From positions 2,767 to 66,766 of the IMG/VR virus record IMGVR_UViG_3300037851_000503: DNA of 64,000 bases. One strand, written 5' to 3'. The position numbers were made by a program, and so were the translations under genes. This document shows, one piece after another, positions 1 to 9,499 of the stretch. Each line of letters begins with the position of its first letter. The first letter of the stretch is position 1. The notes under the pieces are model-generated. The model was not told the DNA's origin. It saw only the letters and a program-made list of their open reading frames with translations, and did not search any database. This stretch comes from a virus.

Positions 1-66
1 GCTCAAAAGCATGGTCTATCTCCTAGATGGAGTCTAAGACCTCCTACCAGCGGGGAGAGGGATGAG

Positions 67-2130
67 ATGCGCGCTCACTTCGATTCCCTTCTCGATAGCC
101 GGGGCTTTCTGACTCGTGACTTCACGCGAGAGGAACGCCTATGGATATTGGTCGAGAGCACTCTCTGTAAGCTTGACTTCCTTCACTTCTCTTCTTATTA
201 CGCTAAGATCGAAAACTGGGAAGCAAAGATCGTCAACTTCCATCCTAACTTAGCTCAACAGATAATCCTAAGGGTGATGGGTGAGCATGAGGAACTGGGA
301 TGGGCCTTGATGTTCATGTTTCTAAAGGCCCGCCAGTTAGGAATAACTACTCTATTCCAAGTTATTCTAGCTCAACGCGTCTTCTTTTGGAATAACGTCG
401 GCGCGTATACGGGAAGCGCTGAGGAAAAGAAATCCAGGGAGATGGTAGGAAAGCTTGAGTTCAACTGGAATAACCTTCCTTATTGGCTCCGTCCTCGCAG
501 GACAGCATATCGAGCAGGAGAGTTGATAGAGTTCAGTGATCTCAATTCCTCAATCAATGTTCAGTGGGGAAACCAAAAGGGAGGAATGGCCAGGGGAGCT
601 ACTCCTACCATCGCTCACCTCTCAGAGCTATCTACCTTCTTAGATCCGGCTCAACTGGTAGACGCTGCCCTCTACCTAGCCATGCACGAGAATCCCTTCT
701 CTCTATTAGCTCTTGAGTCAACGGCTAATGGCCTTGGTAACTGGTGGCATCGCACTTGGGAACTAATGACTAAGATGGATGTCAAGGGGCTGGCTAGATA
801 TAAGCCGATCTTTCTGCCATGGTATGTTGGAACTGATCTCTATCCTACTGAGTGGGAATGGCGAAGGCGTCCGGCTCCTGAAGGGTGGACTCCTCCTGAC
901 TATGTAGTCAAGCATGCTGAGGCCGCTAGAATTTACGTCTTATCTAATTCTCTTCTTAGGAAAGCTCTAGGAGAGGAATGGGAAATGTCCATTCGTCAAA
1001 TGTGGTGGTACTACCTGAAGTACGAGGAAGCGAGAGAGATGAAACAGCTTCACTCTCTTCTTACTGAGCTTCCCGCGTCTGCTGACGAGGCATTCCAGAA
1101 TAGTAATCCATCCGTCTTTTCTATCGAGACGATGAGTTCCTGCCGTAATGACGCTGGAAAGGCCGTGCCTATTGGAGTTTATCAGATCTCTGGAGATAGC
1201 ATTCCTTTTATTTATTCGGATCAGAAGATAGTAGGAGAGTCTATTTCAGCAAATGCTGTCTCTCAGGATGGATTCGTCCTTGATAAGTTTAGTCTTGATC
1301 CGGTGGAAAGCGACGGATGGCCGGATGGAAACCCGGATCTCAAACTATTTATCTGGGAGTGGCCAATGACAGGAGAGACTTATGGTATTTATTGTGATCC
1401 GTCTGAAGGAGTAGAACAGGATAGCTCGGTGGTTGGAGTTATCAAAAAAGCTAATCCTCTTCATCCTGACGAACAGGTGGCTGAGTGGGCTAGTAACAAA
1501 ATAGCTCCTCATGATCTATGGGCATATATCTACTGTTTGGCTCATCTCTATACTGTTCGTCATCCGGTAAATAGAAACGAATGGATAGAACCTTTAGTAG
1601 TAATAGAGACTAACATCGCGGCTGGAGATGCGGCCCAGACCGAAATGATGAAGAGAGGTTATACCAACTTCTATCAGGAGAGAGATCTTACCTTAATTGG
1701 GGACACCGGCGCGCAGTTTAATCGGCGTCCTCGCTCTCTTAAGGATAGGGTAGGATGGAGAACCACCAGGGGTAACCGTCCTAAGATGATCTCTCTGTTT
1801 CGTAAGATGGTAAGAGATGGTAATCTTCTAGTAAGATCTCCTTATCTTGTTAAGGAAATGGCTACCCTGGAGTATAATCTGGATCGTCAGAGGATAGAAG
1901 CGACAGAAGGGGAACACGATGATAGGATCATGGGTGCTTCTATCCTCCTCTGTGCATGGTATGATCCTGAAGTTTATGGAACAGTGCCGACCCCTTATGT
2001 AGATAAGAAGGATTATGAAGCTTTAGTGGAGCGTCTACCTGTTTATGTAGGAGACACGGTAACTGGCAGATCCTCTAGATATGTGGAATATATTCCTGAG
2101 TTAGTTGACTCAAGAATAGTTAGATATTAA
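67..2130 (+). CDS. terL: Terminase large subunit (N-terminus truncated by window edge; frame open to position 1)
   Basis: RNaseH-like nuclease-domain signature IYCDPSEGVEQDSSVVGV and a C-terminal HDDRIMGASILLCAW motif typical of large terminases. The frame has no stop back to position 1. It sits immediately before the portal gene. Confidence 0.65.
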   Translation: MRAHFDSLLDSRGFLTRDFTREERLWILVESTLCKLDFLHFSSYYAKIENWEAKIVNFHPNLAQQIILRVMGEHEELGWALMFMFLKARQLGITTLFQVILAQRVFFWNNVGAYTGSAEEKKSREMVGKLEFNWNNLPYWLRPRRTAYRAGELIEFSDLNSSINVQWGNQKGGMARGATPTIAHLSELSTFLDPAQLVDAALYLAMHENPFSLLALESTANGLGNWWHRTWELMTKMDVKGLARYKPIFLPWYVGTDLYPTEWEWRRRPAPEGWTPPDYVVKHAEAARIYVLSNSLLRKALGEEWEMSIRQMWWYYLKYEEAREMKQLHSLLTELPASADEAFQNSNPSVFSIETMSSCRNDAGKAVPIGVYQISGDSIPFIYSDQKIVGESISANAVSQDGFVLDKFSLDPVESDGWPDGNPDLKLFIWEWPMTGETYGIYCDPSEGVEQDSSVVGVIKKANPLHPDEQVAEWASNKIAPHDLWAYIYCLAHLYTVRHPVNRNEWIEPLVVIETNIAAGDAAQTEMMKRGYTNFYQERDLTLIGDTGAQFNRRPRSLKDRVGWRTTRGNRPKMISLFRKMVRDGNLLVRSPYLVKEMATLEYNLDRQRIEATEGEHDDRIMGASILLCAWYDPEVYGTVPTPYVDKKDYEALVERLPVYVGDTVTGRSSRYVEYIPELVDSRIVRY

Positions 2131-2139
2131 GGAGTAAGG

Positions 2140-2364
2140 ATGGCTAATTGGTTTCCAGGAAAGCCTGAGGTAGAGAAGATTAAGCAAGTTCCCTATAAGG
2201 AGAGCTGGCCCTGTCCTCAGGAGAATTGTGAGGGAGAGATGATGAACACTGGCCTTGTCTGGCCTATGGAAGATCCGGGCTATCACCATCAGTGTACCAA
2301 GTGTGGGGTAGTTTGGGTTATTCAGAAGGCTACTTATCCCAGGATAGTGTTTGAGAAGGAGTAA
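2140..2364 (+). CDS. Small zinc-ribbon protein
   Basis: CPQENCEGE...CTKCG two CxxC pairs; RBS ggagtaagg upstream. Confidence 0.4.
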   Translation: MANWFPGKPEVEKIKQVPYKESWPCPQENCEGEMMNTGLVWPMEDPGYHHQCTKCGVVWVIQKATYPRIVFEKE

Positions 2365-2366
2365 AG

Positions 2367-2885
2367 ATGCCGGGATTTCTAACTTATGAATGTAGAAAGA
2401 ATGGACACCAATTTGAAAAGTTGTCCAACAAGGATAGGACTAAGTGTCCCAAGTGCGGGTCCTGGGCTGACATTCTATGGATCTCTCCAAGATCTCCTCA
2501 CGCTCAGCTTAGAACTCCTATCGTCCTATGGAAGTATGCCGATGGGACTATCGGTGTCGCTGGAGGTGCGGACAGTAAGACTCCCCATAATGCTGAACGA
2601 CTTGAAGTACGATCCGCAATTGAATATCGGAAGTATGCTAAAGAGATAAACTCCCAACTAAAGAGTAAGGAAGATAGGAGAGAGGAAGGATTTCAAAGAG
2701 CTAGAGAGGCCATGGAAAGGGAGCTTCGTTCCAATCTTGCATATAGGATGGGACAGGAGGATGATCCTGTCGCTAAGGATATTTACCGGGAAGCCCTCTT
2801 TAACCGTCGTCCTCGTCCTGGATCTTCCTTTAGGGAGTTCTTCTCGATTGCGATGGAAAATGACAGGAGCAACTACGATGGATAA
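2367..2885 (+). CDS. Hypothetical protein with N-terminal zinc ribbon
   Basis: ECRKNGH...CPKCGSW; long ORF between terminase and portal. Confidence 0.4.
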   Translation: MPGFLTYECRKNGHQFEKLSNKDRTKCPKCGSWADILWISPRSPHAQLRTPIVLWKYADGTIGVAGGADSKTPHNAERLEVRSAIEYRKYAKEINSQLKSKEDRREEGFQRAREAMERELRSNLAYRMGQEDDPVAKDIYREALFNRRPRPGSSFREFFSIAMENDRSNYDG

Positions 2886-3132
2886 TAGATATCGAAGATT
2901 ATGTATCTATTTAGTTACTAATACTCTTCTATCTAATTGCTTGAAGGGAAAAGCTAGGATAAAGAATATTCCTGAGGATGCCGAAATTTATAGAGTTGTT
3001 CTCTATGAGCCTCAACAATGCGATAGCGTTGTCTCTGTCTGGTTCTATCATTCCTCCTTTGATGAGATTCCAGATGGTAACTTAATACCTTCTATCTGGG
3101 CAATCGGAGAAGAGATAGTAACAACGGAGTAA
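2878..3132 (+). CDS. Hypothetical small protein
   Basis: ATG at 2878 inside ORF 2737..3132, immediately after the stop of the previous gene; fills the gap before the portal. Confidence 0.25.
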   Translation: MDNRYRRLCIYLVTNTLLSNCLKGKARIKNIPEDAEIYRVVLYEPQQCDSVVSVWFYHSSFDEIPDGNLIPSIWAIGEEIVTTE

Positions 3133-3165
3133 CATAAAGTAACTAATAACTAAGAGAGGTATCAT

Positions 3166-5289
3166 ATGCCGACGACTCAAGGCGGGCAATCAGCAGCGGT
3201 AGTAACAGGAGCGGGAGCAGGTTCCAGTAGACCGTCCAAATATGAGGCTCCGTATCAGTGGGATGGTACGAGGCCAAGCGCTCAGCGTATCCTCTCCTGG
3301 ATGAATGAGTGTATTCAAGAGGGAGAGATCTTCCTTAGAGGACAGAGTGGGTATAGATTTGTCGATACCTCTCATCGAATCATGGCTGATATTGGTTTCG
3401 ATGAACTTCCTCGTACATTATCTAAGAACTCGAAAAACTTTGTTAAGAGGAATATAAGGGAGCTAGTGGGAACACTTGCTAATCCTCGTCCTATTGCTTC
3501 CTTTAAGACCGATAATAAAGATTGGGATGGACAGGCTGAGATTATAAATAAGGGATATCTTCACTGGTATCTGGCTGCCTTCGCGGATCGCAAGCTGAGG
3601 GAAGCTCTTCAATTTGCGGCGGTCGAGGGGACAGGATATCTGGTCATGGAATGGGACCCTGGTTACTGGGCTCCAGGAGATGGAGAGATATCTCTTCAAG
3701 CTCTAGGAGTTGATGCTGTTCTTCCTATCCAAATCTCTCCTGAGGATTGGGACCTCCAAAAAGCCTATGCTGTCATTATCCGGCGTCAATATCCCATCTT
3801 CCATGTGATGAGACGCTTTCCTCTTGCTGCCCATCTTATCTCTCCTGATGGAGAGGCGGTATCTAAGTGGAGAAGGTTAGTTAACAATCTGCTTGATAAG
3901 GTAACTCCGACAGTCCAGAATACCTATGGTACTAATAGAGGTTATCGGGGAGAAGACCCCGCAGGCAGACAGTTAGTAACCGTCTACGATATCTATATTC
4001 TCGATGGTCAGGTTAATATGTCTGAAGGCCCAATAAAGAAAGGGGTTTCAGGCTCTCCATGGGAATACAATGTCCCTTCCTATCGCTCTCCTATTCCTAC
4101 TGGAATAAACGATCCTTATACGGGAATGCCTATTACTCGTCAGGCGGACTACCATGACTCAAGGCTCTTTCCCTATCGCCGCCATATTACCGCCACTAGA
4201 ACTGCTATTCTCTATGATGATACGTCCAGGTGGTGGCATGGACAAGTACCCTTAGTTAAGTTCCGTCTTGACGATTGGCCGTTTGAGTATTGTGGAATCC
4301 CAAGTACCAAAGATCCAGCCAAGTCTCAGTCGATGTTCACTTCTCTCTGGAGAGCATATGATGATTCCGCCAATGCGCGCCTGCGTCCACCAGTAGGTTA
4401 CGATAAGGATAGGGTGAGCGCGGAGGCAGCTAAGATCGATCTAAGGGTGGGAGGACAGGTCATTGGAATGAGGAATATGATGGGAGAGCCCTTTAAACTC
4501 CTGGCTGATCCTCGTTACTACCAGATGGGACAAGACATCCTTCCTTTCCTGGAGCGGATCGAAGAGGGAGCTACCAAGCTGATGGGCCTTCATGACCTGA
4601 CAGCCATGGCTAAGGCGGCTCAAGTTCCGGGCGCTGACACTATTGAGAAGTTGGCTGAAATGGCTGGCCCTATTGCAACTGATATGTCACGTAACATGGA
4701 GGCATCGATCAGGGATGTAGGAGAGCTATGGAAGGCGATGTTCTTTGAGTTCTACAGTGTTAGGAAGAGATTCCAGATATTAGGAAGGGATGGAGTAACT
4801 AGAGAGGACTTTGACTTTGATCCTTCAACTCTTGTCCCTAGTAGCCTTGATCTTCCTGTCGTAGGTCGAGGGGGAACTAGGAGCGAGAGAGCAAGAGTTC
4901 ACATGAGAAACTTCCACTTCTCTATCGTTCCCAACTCTATCTATCAGATGACTCAGAGCACCAGGAGATTACTTCTCTTACAGCTTGGTAGGATGGGAAT
5001 TCCATTGTCTCCTATCTACCTGATGGAACAGTTCGATATCCCCAATCCTGAAAAGAGAGTGGAGGAGTTCTTTGAATATAAAGCGGAAGAGGCTCAGAAG
5101 ATGACTGAGATTCAGATGTTAGTCCAGGGAATGAATCCTCTAATGCAAATGGCTGGGGCTATGCAAGGAATGCTGAAGGGCGGGAATAGACAGGAGGGAA
5201 GACCTCCGAGTGGGCAGAAGCCTCCAAGGATGGAAGAAAAAACTGATGGAACAGGAGTTCCGACTAGGACGACTATTGCGGAATCTTAA
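3166..5289 (+). CDS. Portal protein (putative)
   Basis: 707-aa ORF directly downstream of the terminase large subunit; size and position are typical for a portal; RBS gagaggtatcat before the ATG. Confidence 0.5.
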   Translation: MPTTQGGQSAAVVTGAGAGSSRPSKYEAPYQWDGTRPSAQRILSWMNECIQEGEIFLRGQSGYRFVDTSHRIMADIGFDELPRTLSKNSKNFVKRNIRELVGTLANPRPIASFKTDNKDWDGQAEIINKGYLHWYLAAFADRKLREALQFAAVEGTGYLVMEWDPGYWAPGDGEISLQALGVDAVLPIQISPEDWDLQKAYAVIIRRQYPIFHVMRRFPLAAHLISPDGEAVSKWRRLVNNLLDKVTPTVQNTYGTNRGYRGEDPAGRQLVTVYDIYILDGQVNMSEGPIKKGVSGSPWEYNVPSYRSPIPTGINDPYTGMPITRQADYHDSRLFPYRRHITATRTAILYDDTSRWWHGQVPLVKFRLDDWPFEYCGIPSTKDPAKSQSMFTSLWRAYDDSANARLRPPVGYDKDRVSAEAAKIDLRVGGQVIGMRNMMGEPFKLLADPRYYQMGQDILPFLERIEEGATKLMGLHDLTAMAKAAQVPGADTIEKLAEMAGPIATDMSRNMEASIRDVGELWKAMFFEFYSVRKRFQILGRDGVTREDFDFDPSTLVPSSLDLPVVGRGGTRSERARVHMRNFHFSIVPNSIYQMTQSTRRLLLLQLGRMGIPLSPIYLMEQFDIPNPEKRVEEFFEYKAEEAQKMTEIQMLVQGMNPLMQMAGAMQGMLKGGNRQEGRPPSGQKPPRMEEKTDGTGVPTRTTIAES

Positions 5290-5569
5290 AGGTTCTATTA
5301 ATATAATCCTATTCATTTAGGATTATCCTTCTAACAGAAAGCTGGGGGAGATTGATGTCTCCCCCTTTTCTTTTAAGTATTGATGAGTACCTCAATACTT
5401 CCGCGATGTTGGATGTTATAAATAGTAGCTGTTGGATAGTGATCTTCTACGTACTCTACTATGTCCTTAACATTTCCAGCTACTATGCCTATTGTTTTAT
5501 TAGTGGCCCAGGTCTTCCCTTCCGGGGGCGGGATAGACAAATAGACCTGCCAAAACTTTAGTTCATCCA

Positions 5570-6043
5570 TTATTTTGTTAGCTCTCTAAGCTCTTTCAGA
5601 CGCTCATTGATCTTGGCTCTCTTTTCCTCAGCGGTGGCCAACTGCTCAGCCTGAAGCTCAAGACCTCTGATCTCTCTTAGCCTGTCAGCCCTTAGCTTCT
5701 CGCTAAGATCTCTACTACAGGCTCTTAGAGCCTCATCCAGTTCCTTAGGAACATCGTGACCGTTAGCCTTGATCTGGTTGGCAACCACCTGAAAGTATGC
5801 CTCAGCGATAATCAACTGAGGAATAGTGGCGGCGGTTCCGTACTCAATAGTCATAAAGCTCTTAACATACTGTCTCTCATAGGTATTCATCTTTTGCTCC
5901 CTCCTTTCCTTCATAATCTGATCTACTCTCTGTGGGGGAATTGCTCTCCCTGAGACATTTCGTCCTGGTCCTGACCAATATAGATCTTTCATTAGATCAG
6001 AAGCCAGCATTCTTGACAGTTCTTCCCAAGTCATATCAGGCAT
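5570..6043 (-). CDS. Hypothetical protein, coiled-coil C-terminus; last gene of the tRNA-rsr operon
   Basis: Overlaps the stop of the Ro60 gene by 8 bp on the same strand; no recognisable motif. Confidence 0.4.
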   Translation of the reverse strand: MPDMTWEELSRMLASDLMKDLYWSGPGRNVSGRAIPPQRVDQIMKERREQKMNTYERQYVKSFMTIEYGTAATIPQLIIAEAYFQVVANQIKANGHDVPKELDEALRACSRDLSEKLRADRLREIRGLELQAEQLATAEEKRAKINERLKELRELTK

Positions 6044-7526
6044 TAAGCACCTCCTCGATAGTAAGGAGAGGAACGTTTAAGATCTCCGTCAAGAGGCTGT
6101 ATTTATTGACTCTTAGTGTCTCAACGATGTTAGGAAGGCTATTATAGTCAACCTTTCCTCCTCTCACATCGAAGACCTCTATTCCATCCATGGACATAAT
6201 GGTAGGAAATTTAGGATCGGAGATTGCGTTCATGTCTCCATCCACGTTGAAGTGATAGACAGTCGGCTCCTTCCCATACTTATCTGAATACTTTCTATAA
6301 GCATGCACAAAGTATGGCGGCGAGTTATCTCCTCCATCCGAGACGATTGCTATCCCATCTACTTCCTCATTCATTGAGTCAAGGTAGGATAGTCCGCAAC
6401 CAATCGATGTTCCTTCTCCTGACTTTACATGTTTAGTCAGGTTATTGATCTGAAAGTAGTTCTTTCCTGTCACATCAAAAGGAGTAGGAGCGGTATTGAA
6501 GTAGATCAGCCATACCTTCCCACTAACTCTCTCAGTAATAAGAGAGGCTATTTTTCTAGCAAGCTCGATAGATGTGGACATACTACCTGAGGCATCTGCC
6601 AGTATGAGCCAGTTACCTTCAATCGATCCAAGTTGCTTTGTAGCATGAGCTTGCAAGTTAAGCAGACCATCGGCGAAGTATTCGCTTCTCTCAGCAGCGA
6701 TTCCCGCTTTAAGGACATTGAGCTTCTTGTCCTCTTTTGCTCTAAGAAGGGCAGCATTGTAAGCGGCCATAAGGACTGGATCGTTTTTCACTCCTAACTT
6801 TTCAAACATCTTGGAGTTAGTAACAATCTGGTTACCTGTAGCTCCCTCAAGTAACGCCAGAATAACATCCTTGTTCTTGATGTTACTCGTAGCTCCGACC
6901 ACTACCTGGAAAGGTATATCGTTCCCCAGAATTAGGGCCGCTGCCTCCTTGGCCGTTACCTTTCCTAACATAGCCACCTTCTCGAATACTGATCCGCTTG
7001 GATACTTTCCTTCAAAGAGAATCTCCTGCGCTCTTTTAGTCGGCTTATGATGGGACAGCCGATAAAGCCTCTTCATCGAGTCTCTATGTTGCAGGACAGT
7101 CTTGTCCCACCATTTAGGTTTCTGCTGTCTTACCTCAAGATAGCCATGAAGAGCTACTTCCAGGAGATCTCTAAAGCCGTTCTTTATTGGCTTTCCGCTC
7201 CTGGTTAGTTCCCTGGAGAAGTTATAAGCCCTAACCAGATCTCTAGGGGAAAGGGTAAGCAGATGCGCGATTGAATTCTCGGCCAGCGTTGCCTCATTCT
7301 TTCCCAGAACTCTAAGGCTAATAATAGGATAGGCGATCTTACTATCTCTTACCTTTCCTTTTATTCTATTCCATGAAATAAGATGGGCTAGAAGTTCAGG
7401 TTCAGCCCTGGCAGCCTGAAGTCCCATCTCTAGATATCCGTCCAACTTCCCATGCTCGATCTTCATTAGAGAGGCAATGAGATTCCTTCTCTCATATTCT
7501 TTTCTCTCTTCTAAGTTTCTTGCCAT
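6036..7526 (-). CDS. rsr: Ro60/Rsr ortholog (TROVE domain + vWA domain)
   Basis: Motifs match human Ro60 as recalled from memory: LYRLSHHKP vs LLRLSHLKP in the TROVE helix; vWA MIDAS ILADASGSM vs LLAVDVSASM; GEGTSIGCGL...AIVSDGGDN vs GGTDCSLPM...VFTDNET. N-terminal helical ~300 aa plus C-terminal vWA, total 496 aa. Confidence 0.75.
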   Translation of the reverse strand: MARNLEERKEYERRNLIASLMKIEHGKLDGYLEMGLQAARAEPELLAHLISWNRIKGKVRDSKIAYPIISLRVLGKNEATLAENSIAHLLTLSPRDLVRAYNFSRELTRSGKPIKNGFRDLLEVALHGYLEVRQQKPKWWDKTVLQHRDSMKRLYRLSHHKPTKRAQEILFEGKYPSGSVFEKVAMLGKVTAKEAAALILGNDIPFQVVVGATSNIKNKDVILALLEGATGNQIVTNSKMFEKLGVKNDPVLMAAYNAALLRAKEDKKLNVLKAGIAAERSEYFADGLLNLQAHATKQLGSIEGNWLILADASGSMSTSIELARKIASLITERVSGKVWLIYFNTAPTPFDVTGKNYFQINNLTKHVKSGEGTSIGCGLSYLDSMNEEVDGIAIVSDGGDNSPPYFVHAYRKYSDKYGKEPTVYHFNVDGDMNAISDPKFPTIMSMDGIEVFDVRGGKVDYNSLPNIVETLRVNKYSLLTEILNVPLLTIEEVLNA

Positions 7527-7544
7527 CCTTACTTTCTCCTTTCA

Positions 7545-7617
7545 TGGCTAGAGGGAGAGTTGAACTCCCGACACCTGGGTTTTCAGTCCAGTGCTCTACC
7601 ACCTGAGCTATCTAGCC
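7545..7617 (-). tRNA. tRNA-Phe (anticodon GAA)
   Basis: Manual cloverleaf: acceptor GGCTAGA/TCTAGCC, D arm GCTC..GAGC, anticodon loop CTGAAAA, T arm GGGAG-TTCAACT-CTCCC. Confidence 0.8.
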
Positions 7618-7661
7618 AATGCAATACAATACAATTTTCGACATATTAAATTGCAGTATAG

Positions 7662-7733
7662 AGCAGGCGATGGGACTCGAACCCACAATTCTCAGCTTGG
7701 AAGGCTGAAGCGATACCATTACGCTACGCCTGC
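7662..7733 (-). tRNA. tRNA-Gly (anticodon TCC)
   Basis: Acceptor GCAGGCG/CGCCTGC, anticodon stem TCAGC/GCTGA with loop CTTCCAA, T loop TTCGAGT. Confidence 0.75.
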
Positions 7734-7789
7734 AAAGTTAGGATAGGTCTGAGGGATTTGTTAGTCCGGCTTTGTTACCTATCCTAGAT

Positions 7790-7862
7790 AGCCCCAGGAG
7801 GACTTGAACCCCCGACCTTGCGGGTAGAAACCGCGTGCTCTAATCCATCTGAGCTATGGGGC
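7790..7862 (-). tRNA. tRNA-Arg (anticodon TCT)
   Basis: D arm GCTC-AGATGGATTA-GAGC, anticodon stem CGCGG/CCGCA loop TTTCTAC, T arm GGGGG-TTCAAGT-CCTCC. Confidence 0.75.
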
Positions 7863-7888
7863 CAAGAGGTTTGGTTATCCTATCCTAA

Positions 7889-7960
7889 TCTGGGTGGCAG
7901 GAATCGAACCCGCGTGTACTAGCTCCCAAAGCTAGCGGACAACCATTATCCCACACCCAG
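7889..7960 (-). tRNA. tRNA-Pro (anticodon TGG)
   Basis: Acceptor CTGGGTG/CACCCAG, anticodon stem CTAGC/GCTAG loop TTTGGGA, T arm GCGGG-TTCGATT-CCTGC. Confidence 0.7.
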
Positions 7961-8031
7961 AGACGATCTAGGGGAGACTTGAACTCTTTCGTAGAGGGGC
8001 CAGCAAATAGGACGATGGCACTCCCATTTAG

Positions 8032-8214
8032 TTAATCCTTCCAAGGCATTTTCATTGGGTCTTTATCAGTACCAATGGGATGGTAGTAGGTATAGAAACA
8101 TTCCTGACATAAATATAATTTGGGTCCGTATTGACAGGTTAGCATCTTTACCTTTTCCTCTTTCTCTCGAAAAGCCTTCCACCACTTCTTAAAATATTCA
8201 ATCGTTAATTTCAT
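8032..8214 (-). CDS. Hypothetical small protein (CxxC)
   Basis: 60-aa ORF, CQYG..CQEC, ends 4 bp inside the ArfB-like gene; weak. Confidence 0.2.
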   Translation of the reverse strand: MKLTIEYFKKWWKAFREKEEKVKMLTCQYGPKLYLCQECFYTYYHPIGTDKDPMKMPWKD

Positions 8215-8537
8215 TTAGGTAGATACTCTACTAAAAGATTCTCAGGACTCATCATCTCCTCAACTATCTCTTCAAGAGTCCTATTCATGCGCCTTCTAAC
8301 AACCTGCGCCCTACACCAGTTCTGAAACTCCTTAGTGTTAGCCATTCTCTGCCAAGCTGCCCTCTTATTCTGGATCTGGTGACGATGTTCTCTACTCTCT
8401 CCTCTAGCTCCGGAAGGATGATGGATGATCCTAACCCCACTCTCAGTCTTGTTCTGATGCTGTCCTCCCTTTCCTCCACTGCGAAAGGTCTGGACCTTGC
8501 AATCCTTAATTGTAACGCTGAAGACTAGATGTTTCAT
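8211..8537 (-). CDS. ArfB/ICT1-like peptidyl-tRNA hydrolase (class-I release-factor GGQ domain)
   Basis: SGGKGGQHQNKTESGVRIIHHPSG is the canonical RF-1/ArfB GGQ catalytic motif with the following VR(I/L)TH..G; basic tail; 108 aa. Confidence 0.7.
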   Translation of the reverse strand: MKHLVFSVTIKDCKVQTFRSGGKGGQHQNKTESGVRIIHHPSGARGESREHRHQIQNKRAAWQRMANTKEFQNWCRAQVVRRRMNRTLEEIVEEMMSPENLLVEYLPK

Positions 8538-8649
8538 AAATCAAAATAGGGGAATGCTCATCACTAGAACATTCCCCACGGCGGATAATAATTATTGAAG
8601 GCTAAGCGTAAAAGGATTTCGTTATTTGCCTTACCACTTAGGCTAACCC

Positions 8650-8745
8650 TCCACAAGAAAGCGGAGGGTCTAGGATTCGAACCTAGAGTCTCGGTTTTGG
8701 AGACCGAAGCATGTAATCTCTTTACTGGCCTTCAAATTTAAAATA
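8650..8745 (-). ncRNA. tRNA-like element: CCA-anticodon-like hairpin + canonical T arm + closed acceptor-like hairpin; atypical 5' half
   Basis: Minus-strand reading: TCGGT-CTCCAAA-ACCGA, then CTAGG-TTCGAAT-CCTAG, then the ACCCTCC-gctttcttgt-GGAGGGT hairpin. No canonical 5' acceptor strand or D arm was found by eye. Confidence 0.3.
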
Positions 8746-9149
8746 ACGATAGTGGCATAGCTTAAAGGGAGTTTTGGCTGTCCAGCCCCAGCAACACATC
8801 CATCAGATATGCTCCTGGCGGGTTGGACATGTAGTCTCTTCAATGGCCACTAAACTTGGCCCGAAGGGTAGGGCGTGCACGTACACCACTACGGATAAAT
8901 TGCGGATCTGCGAGTCGCACGCAGCGCAGTGGGCTTATGAGGCCCTCTTGGGCACTGACCCATCCGCAACAAATAATGATGATCGCTAAGCTCAAAGGGC
9001 TATGACCGCTTTGCTACCCCGGCATCAGATAGTCTCCCTCACTAACCTATCTTCCTCCATCACAAGTTAATAGACACAGAAAGGAAGACCATCTGGAGCC
9101 GGGGGCTGGAGTTGAACCAGCGTTGATGGCGATCAATCTCATTAGGTAC

Positions 9150-9220
9150 TCCTCAACCAGGACTCGAACCTGGGACATCTACGTTAACAGCGTAGCGCTC
9201 TACCAACTGAGCTATTGAGG
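9150..9220 (-). tRNA. tRNA-Asn (anticodon GTT)
   Basis: CCTCAAT-AGCTCAGTTGGTAGAGC-GCTACGCTGTTAACGTAG-ATGTC-CCAGGTTCGAGTCCTGG-TTGAGGA: perfect cloverleaf. Confidence 0.8.
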
Positions 9221-9244
9221 AATACAGAAGCTAAGCGACAAGGG

Positions 9245-9300
9245 ATTCCAGATTGCATAGATGGAATTGAACCACCAAATGAGCTATATGCATGTATTCT
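9245..9300 (-). ncRNA. Mini tRNA-like element (acceptor + D-arm half + T arm, no anticodon arm)
   Basis: Minus strand: ATGCATA-TA-GCTCATTTGG-TGG-TTCAATT-CCATC-TATGCAA. Confidence 0.25.
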
Positions 9301-9499
9301 CTTGTCTGGCCTCTGATCTCTTCAAATTCTCAAATAACTCTTTGTCCTCAACCGCAAGCACCTTTAGATAAAGCTCAAAAGCCTGTCTCGCATGATAGGA
9401 GACATTGTGCTTACCAGTAGGATCTTTAAGGGATCTGAGTTCTTCCCAGATCCCTTTATCTACCACAATTGTCACTCGTTTCGTCGTTTCCACGAGCAA
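9284..9499 (-). CDS. Ribbon-helix-helix (CopG/Arc-like) DNA-binding protein
   Basis: N-terminal KRVTIVVDKGIWEEL beta-strand plus helix pattern typical of RHH regulators; 71 aa. Confidence 0.4.
   Translation of the reverse strand: MLVETTKRVTIVVDKGIWEELRSLKDPTGKHNVSYHARQAFELYLKVLAVEDKELFENLKRSEARQENTCI

Noticed and set aside
7961-8040. Possible fifth tRNA upstream of tRNA-Pro (TTCAAGT T-loop-like sequence)
   Set aside because: No acceptor or anticodon stems could be paired by eye, so it is reported only as a tRNA-like remnant inside the Y-RNA candidate region.
8774-8989. 71-aa ORF in GC-rich island ending ...ATNNDDR; considered as a tmRNA tag reading frame
   Set aside because: The only T-arm-like sequences nearby are on the opposite strand and there is no terminal ALAA-type tag. 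The ORF itself is codon-atypical and is better explained as non-coding structured RNA.
9090-9148. T-arm-like GCTGG-TTCAACT-CCAGC next to tRNA-Asn
   Set aside because: No matching 5' acceptor strand or anticodon arm; likely a tRNA fragment.
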